Below the pieces are notes generated by a model, which was not told where the DNA came from, made no database searches, and saw only the letters and a program-made list of their open reading frames with translations. The position numbers and the translations under genes are program-made. From contig CAZETV010000001.1 of assembly GCA_964514965.1 (NCBI GenBank), forward strand, positions 843,063-875,062: 32,000 nt of DNA. Direction: 5' to 3'. The stretch comes from Candidatus Hadarchaeota archaeon. Lineage in GTDB: Archaea; Hadarchaeota; Hadarchaeia; Hadarchaeales; Hadarchaeaceae. Shown in pieces: positions 9,508-18,691 of the stretch (positions are counted from its first letter, which is position 1; the number at the start of each line of letters is the position of its first letter).

Positions 9508-10062
9508 CTAACACTTTTGGCGCAGGTAAAGGTTGTTTCCTTTTGTGTCAACAGCCACCACGAGCGGCCCAAAATCTCGAACCCTGAGCACCCAGAGAGC
9601 CTCCGCGTCCCCGAGGTCGTGCCAGAGCACCCGTTCGATTTTTTCTATCGATTGGGCAGCGAGCACGGCAGCGCCGCCGGTGAAAGCCAGGTAGATGCAG
9701 CCGCGCCGAGCCAGTTCCACAGCAATCTCTCCACCGAGGCCACCCTTACCCACTAGCGCCCTCACGCCGGTTCGCCTGATGAATTCGGCCTGCATTCGGT
9801 CGAGGCGGGCGCTCGTCGTTGGTCCGGCTGAAACTATTTTTTTGCCGCGAGGAGTTTTTTTGGCGAGGGGTCCGCAATGGTAGACCACACCGCCGCGCAT
9901 ATCGATTGGCAATCTTTTCCGGGAGCGGAGGAAATCTAGAACCCGAGCGTACGACTTGTCTCTTGCAGTGAATATAGTTCCGCTTACGCTCACTAGGTCT
10001 CCGACTCTGAGCTTTGTCACTTCCCGCCCAGTCAACGGCGGCCTCAATTTGATGAGTGTCAC
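9508..10062 (-). CDS. fumB: Fumarate hydratase (class I, two-subunit type), beta subunit
   Basis: 184 aa with LRVGDLVSVSGTIFTARDKSYARVLDF, GGVVYHCGPLA, VSAGPTTSARLDRMQ, GKGGLG. Confidence 0.9.
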   Translation of the reverse strand: MTLIKLRPPLTGREVTKLRVGDLVSVSGTIFTARDKSYARVLDFLRSRKRLPIDMRGGVVYHCGPLAKKTPRGKKIVSAGPTTSARLDRMQAEFIRRTGVRALVGKGGLGGEIAVELARRGCIYLAFTGGAAVLAAQSIEKIERVLWHDLGDAEALWVLRVRDFGPLVVAVDTKGNNLYLRQKC

Positions 10063-10958
10063 TAAGGAGCCTCCACTCGCAGGTTATCTCCAACCAATCG
10101 CGCAGATGCTCGGCGTGCCGCCCAGCATTGGAAGTTGATGGCAACCGGTAAACTCGCGGTGTGGCACGCTGCTTTGGCCGCGCGAACTCCTAATACGGTG
10201 GTTCGTCCGCCCAGGCCTATCGGACCTATGCCGAGTTTGTTCGCCTCGTTCGTTAGCTCTCGCTCCATGTGCGCGAGTTTTTTGTCGGGGTTCTTCGCGC
10301 TGAGGGGACGGAGCAAGACTTTCTTCGCGAGCAGGCAAGCAGTATCCGCTGAACCTCCGATACCCACGCCCACGATGACCGGCGGGCAGAGTTGTCCTCC
10401 AGCTTCCGCGAGAGTCAATAGCACAGCCCTTTTGATGGCAATTTTTTCATCAATCGGCTTGAGCATGAACAACCTGCTCCAGTTCTCCGCACCAGCGCCT
10501 TTGATCAGCAGGTCGATTGAGAGTTTTTTCCCCGGCACGAGTTCAAGGTGAACAGACGGTTGTCCCATGCCGAGGTTGGTGTTGGTGTTTTTGCGCGTGA
10601 GCGGGTCTACGACGTTTGCGCGCAGCGGCACCTCTCGAGTGGCTTGAGCGACGGCTTTGTAGATGGATTTATTCAGGTCGAAATCCAGCTTGAGTTCTGA
10701 GCCCAGCTGAATGAAAAAGGTGAAAGTACCTGTGTCTTGGCAGATGGGCGCTCCCAGATTTTTCGCCAGCTTGAGATTTTTCAGCATGCAGTCGAGTTGC
10801 AGCTTGGCGATGCGGTTTCGCTCGCGGACTCTGCTCCGTTTGAGAGCACTCACGACATCTTCGGACAAAGTTATTTCGGCATGGCGAAGCATTTCAACAA
10901 TAGCGGCTCGAAATTTGGCTTCGGCCAGCATGCAATCGAATGTTGATAAGATAAGCAA
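10062..10958 (-). CDS. fumA: Fumarate hydratase (class I), alpha subunit; true start probably the ATG at about 10931
   Basis: 298 aa with PICQDTGTFTFFIQLG, DKPT-region equivalents ...LTRKNTNTNLGMGQPSVHLE, GVGIGGSADTACLLAKKVLLRPL, GIGPIGLGGRTTVLGV. Confidence 0.92.
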   Translation of the reverse strand: MLILSTFDCMLAEAKFRAAIVEMLRHAEITLSEDVVSALKRSRVRERNRIAKLQLDCMLKNLKLAKNLGAPICQDTGTFTFFIQLGSELKLDFDLNKSIYKAVAQATREVPLRANVVDPLTRKNTNTNLGMGQPSVHLELVPGKKLSIDLLIKGAGAENWSRLFMLKPIDEKIAIKRAVLLTLAEAGGQLCPPVIVGVGIGGSADTACLLAKKVLLRPLSAKNPDKKLAHMERELTNEANKLGIGPIGLGGRTTVLGVRAAKAACHTASLPVAINFQCWAARRASARLVGDNLRVEAP

Positions 10959-10982
10959 CGTTAAAACTTCTTCGCAGAAAGG

Positions 10983-11375
10983 TTGGGATGTGAGTTCATG
11001 CGCTTGGTCGATCGAAATACCGGTAAAATCTTGGCTAGCGAGGTTGAGTTAGCGGACACATTTTGGAGGCGTTTTCGAGGGCTGATGTTAAGGCGCAAGT
11101 TTCAGCGGGGTAGGGCGCTGTTGTTCAAGTTTTCCAAGCCCGGTCGCTACGCCGTGCACATGTGGTTCGTATGGTTTCCCATCGACTTGGTCTATCTTGA
11201 TTCGAGTTTCAGAGTTGTCGAGCTTCGCGCAGGTCTCAAATCTTGGCGATTTTACAGACCCAAGGCAGTTGTTAATTATCTCGTCGAGGCTCCTGTTGGG
11301 ACTATTTCTCATGCAGGTGTAAAGGTTGGTCACAAAATTTCGTTTGAGGGAAAAAGTTTTAACCCACTAGAATAA
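10983..11375 (+). CDS. DUF192 family protein
   Basis: 130 aa with FWRRFRGLMLRR...GRYAVHMWFVWFPIDLVYLD...VVELRAGLKSWRFYRPKAVVNYLVEAPVGTISHAGVKVGH. Confidence 0.9.
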   Translation: MGCEFMRLVDRNTGKILASEVELADTFWRRFRGLMLRRKFQRGRALLFKFSKPGRYAVHMWFVWFPIDLVYLDSSFRVVELRAGLKSWRFYRPKAVVNYLVEAPVGTISHAGVKVGHKISFEGKSFNPLE

Positions 11376-11392
11376 GGAAAGATTGGCTGAGG

Positions 11393-12331
11393 TTGGTGGG
11401 GGACAGAGTTGAGCAGGTGAATGTCCCAAAAGCACTAGCCGAGGCGGCTGCGCATCTTGCTTTAGAAGTTAAGGCAGATGCAATTCTAGCTTTAACTGAA
11501 ACTGGTAAAAATTGCGGTCCTCTTTTCAAGAAGAACCTGCTTGGCACCCATGGGAAGGATATAAAAGTGGTTCTCGCCACGCCCAGCCACGAAACTTACG
11601 AGAGATTCGGCAAAAGCGCCCACGTAAGACTGATCAAGCTGACGGCACGGGCGCAGGGGAGATTTGGCCAAGTCCACCATGCAATGGCGTGCGGGTTGCA
11701 GGAAGGAATATTCTCTCCAGGGGAGCGTTTGGTTTGTTTGGCGGGGGATGGTTTCGCCGATAGCACCGATGCCCTTTTGGTTTTGCACGTTTCCGGATAT
11801 GAGCCGGTGATTGAAACGGTGGAATCGGACCCCGTTCTGGCCTCGGCCGCTGAGATATCGCTCAAGCTCGGAAGAGGAGTTTTGGACGGAAGGTCCGTTG
11901 GCGCGGCGTTCATAATCGGGGACATCAAAGCGGTCTTGAGGCTATCGCACCAACTCATGATTAACCCGTTCAAGAGTTACTTGGTAAATATCACCGATAG
12001 AGAACAATGGGGGATTATCCAGAAATACGCTACTTTTGATGGGGCTTTCATCGTGGGGGACGATGGGCGCGTCATCTCTGCGGAGCGCTACCTCAACGCA
12101 GATGTCAAAGTTGAAATTCCACGTGGTCTGGGCACACGGCACTTGGCGGTAGCAGCAATGACCGCGGCAACCAAAGCAAGAGGGGTAACGGTCTCTGGGG
12201 AAGACGGGATGGTAAGAATTTTTAAAAACGGCAAAATCATAACGAAAATAGACCCGCGGAGCGGCATTTTCGAGTACCTGCGCGAGGCGCGGGACCAATC
12301 GGGTGTTAAGAGTTTTAGGTCGAAGGACTAA
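11393..12331 (+). CDS. dacZ: DacZ/DisA-like diadenylate cyclase (c-di-AMP synthase)
   Basis: 312 aa (TTG start) with catalytic DAC motifs DGAFIVGDDGRVISAERYL and PRGLGTRHLAVAAMTAATKA, preceded by an archaeal-type N-terminal domain. Confidence 0.9.
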   Translation: MVGDRVEQVNVPKALAEAAAHLALEVKADAILALTETGKNCGPLFKKNLLGTHGKDIKVVLATPSHETYERFGKSAHVRLIKLTARAQGRFGQVHHAMACGLQEGIFSPGERLVCLAGDGFADSTDALLVLHVSGYEPVIETVESDPVLASAAEISLKLGRGVLDGRSVGAAFIIGDIKAVLRLSHQLMINPFKSYLVNITDREQWGIIQKYATFDGAFIVGDDGRVISAERYLNADVKVEIPRGLGTRHLAVAAMTAATKARGVTVSGEDGMVRIFKNGKIITKIDPRSGIFEYLREARDQSGVKSFRSKD

Positions 12332-12348
12332 GATAGTTCAGGGTCGGG

Positions 12349-14061
12349 ATGCGTTACACGATTTTAGCCGAGGCTTTTGAAAAGTTAGAACACACCCCAT
12401 CTTATTTGGAAAAAAATTCGCTCATAGTGGACTTACTGAAACGCACGCCCGCCGAGGAGATGGAGCGAGTTGTCTTGCTGTTACTCGGCAAGCCTTGGCC
12501 AGCCTACGTTTCTAAGGAGACCGGTGTCGGGCTGCAACAGCTCAAGAAGGCGGTCGCGCAGGCTTCCGGCTACTCACCCCCAGATGTCGACAAGCTTATG
12601 GGGCAGGTTGGAGATCTCGGCGAAGTGGCGAGGCAGCTCTTGGGTAAGAAAAAGCAGGTGACTCTTTTCACCGAGCAGCTGACAGTGAAAAAGGTCTTCG
12701 GTAATATCAAACAGTTGCCTGAAATCACTGGCGAGGGCTCGATTGACCGAAAGATAGCTTCGATTGCCGAACTCTTGACAAGCTCCACCCCGCTCGAGGC
12801 CAAGTTCATCGTCCGCAGCGTGATTGGCGACCTCAGAATAGGCGTGGCCGAGGGAAGGTTGCGTGATGCGATAGCGAGCGCGTTCAATGTTTTGCCAGAG
12901 GTGGTCGAACACGCGTACATGCTTACGACGGACTACTCGATCGTCGCGAAGGCTGTTGCCAAGGGCGGGGAAAATGGTCTCGAGAAGCTCGGGGTCGTGA
13001 TAGGACATCCCGTGAACCCCATGCTGGCGCAGCGAGCTGAAACGATTGATGAGATTCTCAAGCGGATGAAGGGAAAAGCAGCCTTTGAAATAAAACTCGA
13101 TGGTATCAGAGTCCAAGTCCACAAGAATGGCGACGAGGTTTCGCTCTTCACGAGGCGGATGGAGGATTACACAGGCATGTTTCCAGACCTCGTTGACCCT
13201 TTACGCCAAGCGTTGAAGCCGAAGCGAGCGATAGTCGACGGAGAGCTGGTGGCGATTGACAAACGTACGGGGAAGCCCATGCCGTTTCAGGAGGTGCTCA
13301 AGAGGCGCCGAAAGTACGAGATAAAGCAGACGATCGAACAAATCCCGGTTGAGCTGCATCTGTTCGACGTACTGGTGTCGAATGATAATATCATGCTCGA
13401 TGATTCATACCTCGAACGGAGAAAAATGCTTGAAAAGATAGTCAAGCCGATAAAAGGAAAGGTGATGGTTGTTGAACAGCGAGTTCTCAGCAAGTCAAAT
13501 GAGATAAAAGAGTTCATGGACTGGGCGATTAGGATAGGCCACGAGGGGCTGCTCGCGAAGGATCTAGAGGCGAGCTACCGCGCGGGGCGGAGGGAGTTTG
13601 TGTGGCTCAAGCTCAAGCCCATGCTGGAGACCCTCGATCTCGTTGTTGTTGGAGGGCTCTTCGGCAGGGGAAAGCGCGCAGGATTCTTCGGCAGTTATGT
13701 GCTCGCAGCGCGCGATGAGAAGAGCGGGAAATTTAAGACTGTGACGAAATGCGGGAGTGGTTACACCGATGAAGATTTGAAAGAGCTTACGAAGTTGTTC
13801 AAGAAAATTCAGCTCAAGAAGCCGCATGAAGATGTCGAGATAGAAATAGATTGCGATGCGTACTTTGAGCCCAAGATAGTTTTCGAAATGGTGCATGAAG
13901 AAATACAAAAGTCACCTGAATTAAAGCATACTTCAACCTTTGCCCTCCGCTTTCCCCGTTACATAAGAATCAGAGAAGACAGAAGGGCGGAAGAGGTCAA
14001 CACAATCAAAGACCTTGCTGAGATGTATGAAAGACAGCAGAAAAGGAAGGCAAAAACTTAG
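12349..14061 (+). CDS. lig: ATP-dependent DNA ligase
   Basis: 570 aa; nucleotidyltransferase motif I FEIKLDGIRVQVHKNG, motif III region ELHLFDVL, motif V EGLLAKDLEASYRAGRRE..WLKLKP. Confidence 0.96.
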   Translation: MRYTILAEAFEKLEHTPSYLEKNSLIVDLLKRTPAEEMERVVLLLLGKPWPAYVSKETGVGLQQLKKAVAQASGYSPPDVDKLMGQVGDLGEVARQLLGKKKQVTLFTEQLTVKKVFGNIKQLPEITGEGSIDRKIASIAELLTSSTPLEAKFIVRSVIGDLRIGVAEGRLRDAIASAFNVLPEVVEHAYMLTTDYSIVAKAVAKGGENGLEKLGVVIGHPVNPMLAQRAETIDEILKRMKGKAAFEIKLDGIRVQVHKNGDEVSLFTRRMEDYTGMFPDLVDPLRQALKPKRAIVDGELVAIDKRTGKPMPFQEVLKRRRKYEIKQTIEQIPVELHLFDVLVSNDNIMLDDSYLERRKMLEKIVKPIKGKVMVVEQRVLSKSNEIKEFMDWAIRIGHEGLLAKDLEASYRAGRREFVWLKLKPMLETLDLVVVGGLFGRGKRAGFFGSYVLAARDEKSGKFKTVTKCGSGYTDEDLKELTKLFKKIQLKKPHEDVEIEIDCDAYFEPKIVFEMVHEEIQKSPELKHTSTFALRFPRYIRIREDRRAEEVNTIKDLAEMYERQQKRKAKT

Positions 14062-14062
14062 G

Positions 14063-15460
14063 TCAGCTTAGCTGGCTGATTATACTATTCTCAAAAATCT
14101 GTAAAAACTCCGGGATTTTATTTTCCTCCACCTGTGCACCGCAGGCAACCGCGTGTCCGCCACCCTCGCCCCCAACGGCTGCGGCAGCATCTCGGATTGC
14201 TCGTGCGAGATCTAGTCCCTTCAGGAAAAGCAGCTTGGAGCACCGCGCCGAGATTTTCGCGGCGTCCTGAACTCGGACGATGCCGACGATGGGCTTATAC
14301 TGGTCACAGAGCTTGGTGCCAAGGATTAAATTCGCCACGGTGCCGACGAAAGTCTCCTTGAGTGCACCTGTTGCGTCGAAATATTGAAGGTAATCTTTGG
14401 GCCCTCGCTCGAGTCCACGTTGTTCGATGAAGTCCATGCCTTTCGCTATGCTCCGTCTGTGGTACCGAAGCAAGTTCAACATCGCGCGGTGGTAAGTCCT
14501 GCGGTCACCTTTGGCGACCTCTAAACCTATCAGCGGTTGCTCGTGGCGCGCGGTCGAGTTTATGCAAGTTGCGAACCCATCGGCATCGCGGAGTATCGAG
14601 CGGTTGTCTTCTTTCAACATCGTGTGAGCCTCGCCGATTATCAACCCCGGGACATATTGCACGAGTTCCTTAGGCACGTTTGTATATGCCCGCGTAATCA
14701 GCTCGGTTGCCAGTCGACGTTTTTCAGCATCGGTGAGGTCAACTGGCCGGCGCCATCCACCATCCCTCTTGAGCGGGATGTCGAGGTCCTTGAGCAAGCT
14801 AATGCAACCGGGGGTCGAATTGCTGACTCCGGGAATTGGGGGGTCTGTTAATGATTCGAGTGCCTTGAAAATTGGACGGGTATGGCGTCCGTAAAGCATC
14901 AAATCGGTCTTTTGCTCCAAGACTTTTGAATCGGTGCCGTCCTTGGCGATTTGTCGATTGTAGCCGAGTAACTTTCCCCAAGCATTTTGAATGTCACCGA
15001 TGGCGCCCACGATTGCGAGCGCCGAGAGGTCTTGATTGGCTTGATTTAATTCTCGAGTGATTAGGTAGGCCATCCCTGCTCCGCTGATTTCCTGCGCGCC
15101 GTCCAAGCCGTGTTGGTGGGCGTTGAGGTGAACGAGTTTTGGCCAGCCATCCGCCCGCTCCGGCTCGTGGTGGTCGGCGATGATGACATCATGCCCGGAA
15201 AAGCCTTTACGGACATTTTGAAGCTGCGAGCTCCCGAGATCGGTGAATATGGTCAGGTCGGCAGGGTCTAGTTCCTTGACGACTTCTTGGTAGAGCATGC
15301 GGACAAATCTCGTATGATGCTTGATATCGCCTCGATCGAGAGCTTTTGAAATTATCGCGGCCGCGCACACCCCATCAGCGTCCATGTGTGAGATGATTTC
15401 GATAGAATCGTTTCGGTGTTTTTTGATCAGCTCTGCGGCTTTTCGAGCGACGGTAAGCAT
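14063..15460 (-). CDS. Archaeal RecJ-like / GAN-type DHH phosphoesterase
   Basis: 465 aa with ISHMDADGVCAAAII, TIFTDLGSSQ, VIIADHHEPE, DHHA1 motif VGGEGGGHAVACGAQV. Confidence 0.88.
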   Translation of the reverse strand: MLTVARKAAELIKKHRNDSIEIISHMDADGVCAAAIISKALDRGDIKHHTRFVRMLYQEVVKELDPADLTIFTDLGSSQLQNVRKGFSGHDVIIADHHEPERADGWPKLVHLNAHQHGLDGAQEISGAGMAYLITRELNQANQDLSALAIVGAIGDIQNAWGKLLGYNRQIAKDGTDSKVLEQKTDLMLYGRHTRPIFKALESLTDPPIPGVSNSTPGCISLLKDLDIPLKRDGGWRRPVDLTDAEKRRLATELITRAYTNVPKELVQYVPGLIIGEAHTMLKEDNRSILRDADGFATCINSTARHEQPLIGLEVAKGDRRTYHRAMLNLLRYHRRSIAKGMDFIEQRGLERGPKDYLQYFDATGALKETFVGTVANLILGTKLCDQYKPIVGIVRVQDAAKISARCSKLLFLKGLDLARAIRDAAAAVGGEGGGHAVACGAQVEENKIPEFLQIFENSIISQLS

Positions 15461-15705
15461 GAAATCACCATCAGTCTGTGCACGACTTTATAAGTTAAAG
15501 TGTAAGAAATCAGCGGGTGAAAGGTTGAATATCCACCAGGGATACATAGGGGAGTTGTCGCTTAACATTTTGGCGATTGATTTTAAATCGTTCATGATAG
15601 GAGGGTTCAATCCATTGTTGGCGTGGGGCGGTTCAGGATTGGGAGCGGTATTGCTGATTCACGATACTTTGTGCCATCTCAATAACAGGAAAAAGTGGTG
15701 GGGTT

Positions 15706-16725
15706 ATGCGAACGATTGAGCTTCGAGGCAAAAGCGTCGTACTAATCGATCAAACGAGGTTGCCTCAAGAGTTGAGATTGGTCAGATGCAGGAGCGCCGA
15801 GGAAGTAGCTAGGGCGATTGAGCGCATGCAGGTAAGGGGGGCGCCAGTACTCGCCGCGGCGGTAGCGATGGCGCTTGCGGTCACCGCGTTGCGAAGTAAG
15901 GCCAGAGAGCGAACTCAGATGCTACGCGAGCTGGAGACAGTGGCCGATAGGATGAAACGGACCCGCCCGACTGGAGCCAACTTGTTCGTAGGCTTGGAGC
16001 TCGTACTCCATGCAGCTCGTTCAGCACGTGATGTGAGGGAAATTCGCGCTGCAGTTGTGCGGGAAGCGAAACGCATCGCCGACGAAGATGTCGAGGTAAA
16101 CCACAAGATGGGAAAAAATGGAGCTAGATTAATCAAGAATGGAGAAGTTGTGCTCACGCACTGCAATGCTGGCGCGCTCGCGACTGTGGATTACGGTACA
16201 GCTCTGGGTGTGGTTCGTGCTGCGTGGCGCCAAAGAAAGCGCATTACAGTCATAGCGACCGAAACCCGCCCCTTTTTACAGGGCGCGCGGCTGACGGCTT
16301 GGGAGCTGAAGCGCGAGGGCATCCCGGTCACGGTGATTACTGACAATATGGTTGGATATTGTTTTTCCAAAAAAATGGTTGATTTGGTGCTGGTCGGTGC
16401 AGATCGAATAGCTGCGAACGGTGATGTCGCGAACAAAATAGGCACTTATTCTATAGCGGTGCTCGCTAAGGAGCATCGCGTGCCTTTTTACGTTGTTGCC
16501 CCAACCAGCACGATTGATTTGAGCTTGCGAAGCGGCAGGGAAATCCCGATTGAGCAACGCGATGTGAATGAAATTATTTCCATTGCGGGGAAGCGGGTTG
16601 TGCCTAGAGGCGTTAAGGTGTTCAACCCCGCGTTCGATGTCACGCCGGCACGCTTGATAAAGGCAATCGTGACCGAGCGAGGTATAGTGAAGCCGAGCGA
16701 GCTAAAGTCTTTATTCGCACACTAA
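15706..16725 (+). CDS. mtnA: S-methyl-5-thioribose-1-phosphate isomerase / eIF-2B alpha-beta-delta family
   Basis: 339 aa with VLIDQTRLPQEL, MQVRGAPVLAAA, LTHCNAGALATVDYGTALGVV, ETRPFLQGARLTAWEL, GADRIAANGDVANKIGTYSIAVLA. Confidence 0.9.
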   Translation: MRTIELRGKSVVLIDQTRLPQELRLVRCRSAEEVARAIERMQVRGAPVLAAAVAMALAVTALRSKARERTQMLRELETVADRMKRTRPTGANLFVGLELVLHAARSARDVREIRAAVVREAKRIADEDVEVNHKMGKNGARLIKNGEVVLTHCNAGALATVDYGTALGVVRAAWRQRKRITVIATETRPFLQGARLTAWELKREGIPVTVITDNMVGYCFSKKMVDLVLVGADRIAANGDVANKIGTYSIAVLAKEHRVPFYVVAPTSTIDLSLRSGREIPIEQRDVNEIISIAGKRVVPRGVKVFNPAFDVTPARLIKAIVTERGIVKPSELKSLFAH

Positions 16726-16949
16726 GCTGCTTCTACTCGTTTGACTTCTGGTATCTCTCGCTTAAGCGTCCGTTCAATGCCAAGCGCCAGCGTCATCGTG
16801 GACATTGGGCAGCCAGCGCACGCGCCGACCAGTTTTACCTTGACCACACCATCGCTTGTGACATCGACGAGTTCGACGTCTCCGCCGTCAGCTTGAAGGG
16901 CAGGTTTAATCTTGGCTAGAGCCTTCTCGACTTTTTCACGTGTTTCCAT
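16722..16949 (-). CDS. NifU C-terminal-like (Nfu) Fe-S scaffold domain protein
   Basis: 75 aa with IKPALQADGGDVELVDV...LVGACAGCPMSTMTLALGIERTL. Confidence 0.93.
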   Translation of the reverse strand: METREKVEKALAKIKPALQADGGDVELVDVTSDGVVKVKLVGACAGCPMSTMTLALGIERTLKREIPEVKRVEAA

Positions 16950-17031
16950 TTAATTCACCAAATTCACATTAATTATTATAGCAGCATTGTTTTTTTAAGT
17001 TTTGGGATTTCCTCATTTTAAAGATAACAAA

Positions 17032-18264
17032 TCAAGCGCCGAATTTCTTCAACCAGTTGCAATACCCAAAAAGTATGGGAGCTACTTGACCACTTATTCG
17101 CCCCAAACCGCCTTTAAGGACACTCCTCTCATTGAATTCTTTTACTTCGTCCGGCATAACGTTTGGTCCTGCGAAGAGTATAGGGACTGGGTCAGAGGTG
17201 TGGTCACCATAGGCGATAGGCGTCGTGTGGTCGCCAGTAAATGCTACGTGAGTTTCGTCCCAGTTTAGATTGTTTAAGAAGTATCCCATGACTTCATCTA
17301 TTTTTTCGATGAAGGCGATTTTGCCCTCGGCGTCGTGGTCGTGAGCGCAAGAGTCCGTTCCTTTCATATGGACAAATGCAAAGTCCGTGTCCTTGTTCAG
17401 CTCCTCCACGGCTAGCTTGGCCTTGTTTAAAATAGGGGAGTCAGCCCCGCCTGTGGTTCCCTCAGCCCTTTTAGTCCGCAGTCCTATGGCTCTGGCTATC
17501 CCGATGTAGAGCGCTCCGGCTGCGATTGCTACCCCGTTTATTCCGTAGAGTTCTTTTATCGAGGGCAGGTCAATTTTTATCGCCGCCCCACGGGGGAGGA
17601 GTATGTTTGCAGGTGGTTTTCCTTCTTTCTCCCGTTTTTTGTTCAGTGGAAGGTCTTTCAGGATTTCGTAGGACTGCTCTACTATTTCATTAACGATTTC
17701 TGCGGTTTTTTGTGCCGCCTCTTCCTCAGTTTCTGGCTTAGCCTTTGGCACTTTAACCCCAGTTTTATGAGGGTCAGCGTCGGTAATGCGGCTGGAAAGT
17801 CTTGGTCCTCGGAGAACCAGCGCTCCTCTATGCTCGGTGCTGGCTTTGAAAAAAACTTTCGTGTCTGGTTGGGAGGGCTTTAGGCTTTGGAGAGCTTTTT
17901 CGAGTTCGTTTTGTCCGCTCAAAATTCGACCAGCTCTCCTATCTTGAACAACGAAATTTTCATCCACGGTTGCAAAGTTGGTTCGGAAGCTAACGTCTCC
18001 CCCTTTCACGTCCATCCCGATTCCCAGTGCTTCGAAAACTCCTCGACCGGTGTACACTTTTTCGGGATCATATCCGAAGATGGACAAATGGGAAGTGTCG
18101 CTGCCTGGCCTGACTCCGGGTTTGATAGGGTCTAACAATCCTGTGAGTCCTCTCAGGGCGAGCTCGTCTATATTCGGAGTATTGGCGGCTTCCAAGCAGG
18201 TTTTTCCTTTATGGTCTGTTGGCCTTCCTGCGAGCCCGTCTGCGATTATCATCAGTGCTTTCAA
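17032..18264 (-). CDS. apgM: 2,3-bisphosphoglycerate-independent phosphoglycerate mutase, archaeal type
   Basis: 410 aa with MKALMIIADGLAGRPTDHKGKTCLEAANTPNIDELALRGLTGLLDPIKPGVRPGSDTSHLSIFGYDP; DHTTPIAYGDHTSDPVPILF. Confidence 0.96.
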   Translation of the reverse strand: MKALMIIADGLAGRPTDHKGKTCLEAANTPNIDELALRGLTGLLDPIKPGVRPGSDTSHLSIFGYDPEKVYTGRGVFEALGIGMDVKGGDVSFRTNFATVDENFVVQDRRAGRILSGQNELEKALQSLKPSQPDTKVFFKASTEHRGALVLRGPRLSSRITDADPHKTGVKVPKAKPETEEEAAQKTAEIVNEIVEQSYEILKDLPLNKKREKEGKPPANILLPRGAAIKIDLPSIKELYGINGVAIAAGALYIGIARAIGLRTKRAEGTTGGADSPILNKAKLAVEELNKDTDFAFVHMKGTDSCAHDHDAEGKIAFIEKIDEVMGYFLNNLNWDETHVAFTGDHTTPIAYGDHTSDPVPILFAGPNVMPDEVKEFNERSVLKGGLGRISGQVAPILFGYCNWLKKFGA

Positions 18265-18411
18265 CTTCGGTCCCGTATCAATCGGATGTTTTAGATTAGA
18301 AAAAGCTTACGGAGGTTGAGACTCTTCATTTATCGCTGGTCACTTCGGTTTTTCAAGTCACATTGAATGTTGTATGAAAGAGTACAAATGTTGGGGGGAC
18401 ATAAATTATTT

Positions 18412-18503
18412 GGGCCCGTGGTCTAGCCTGGATAAGACATCTGGCTTCGGACTTTGCGGAGGGAGAAACCAGAAAATCGAGGGTTCGAATCCCTCCGGGC
18501 CCG
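18412..18503 (+). tRNA. tRNA-Arg (anticodon TCG, 18447-18449) with 17-nt intron at 37/38 (18451-18467)
   Basis: Acceptor GGGCCCG/CGGGCCC; D arm GTCT..AGAC; anticodon stem TCTGG/CCAGA; T arm GAGGG TTCGAAT CCCTC. The intron forms a strict bulge-helix-bulge: CTTC/GGAG 4-bp helix, 3-nt bulges GGA and AAA, inner hairpin CTT TGCG GAG. Confidence 0.93.
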
Positions 18504-18691
18504 CTACTTGTGCAAATACCATTGGACGACCAAGATTGTTAACCCCATTCTTAACAGTAGTTTCCTTCCGGAGGTGGATTTAGATATAAAAACTTTAATA
18601 GTGTTCTCTCAAAACTACATCAAACGGAGTAGCGACGGGCCCTGGCCAAGATTGTCATATGATCGAGACGTAACCGGTGGTGGGTACCTAA

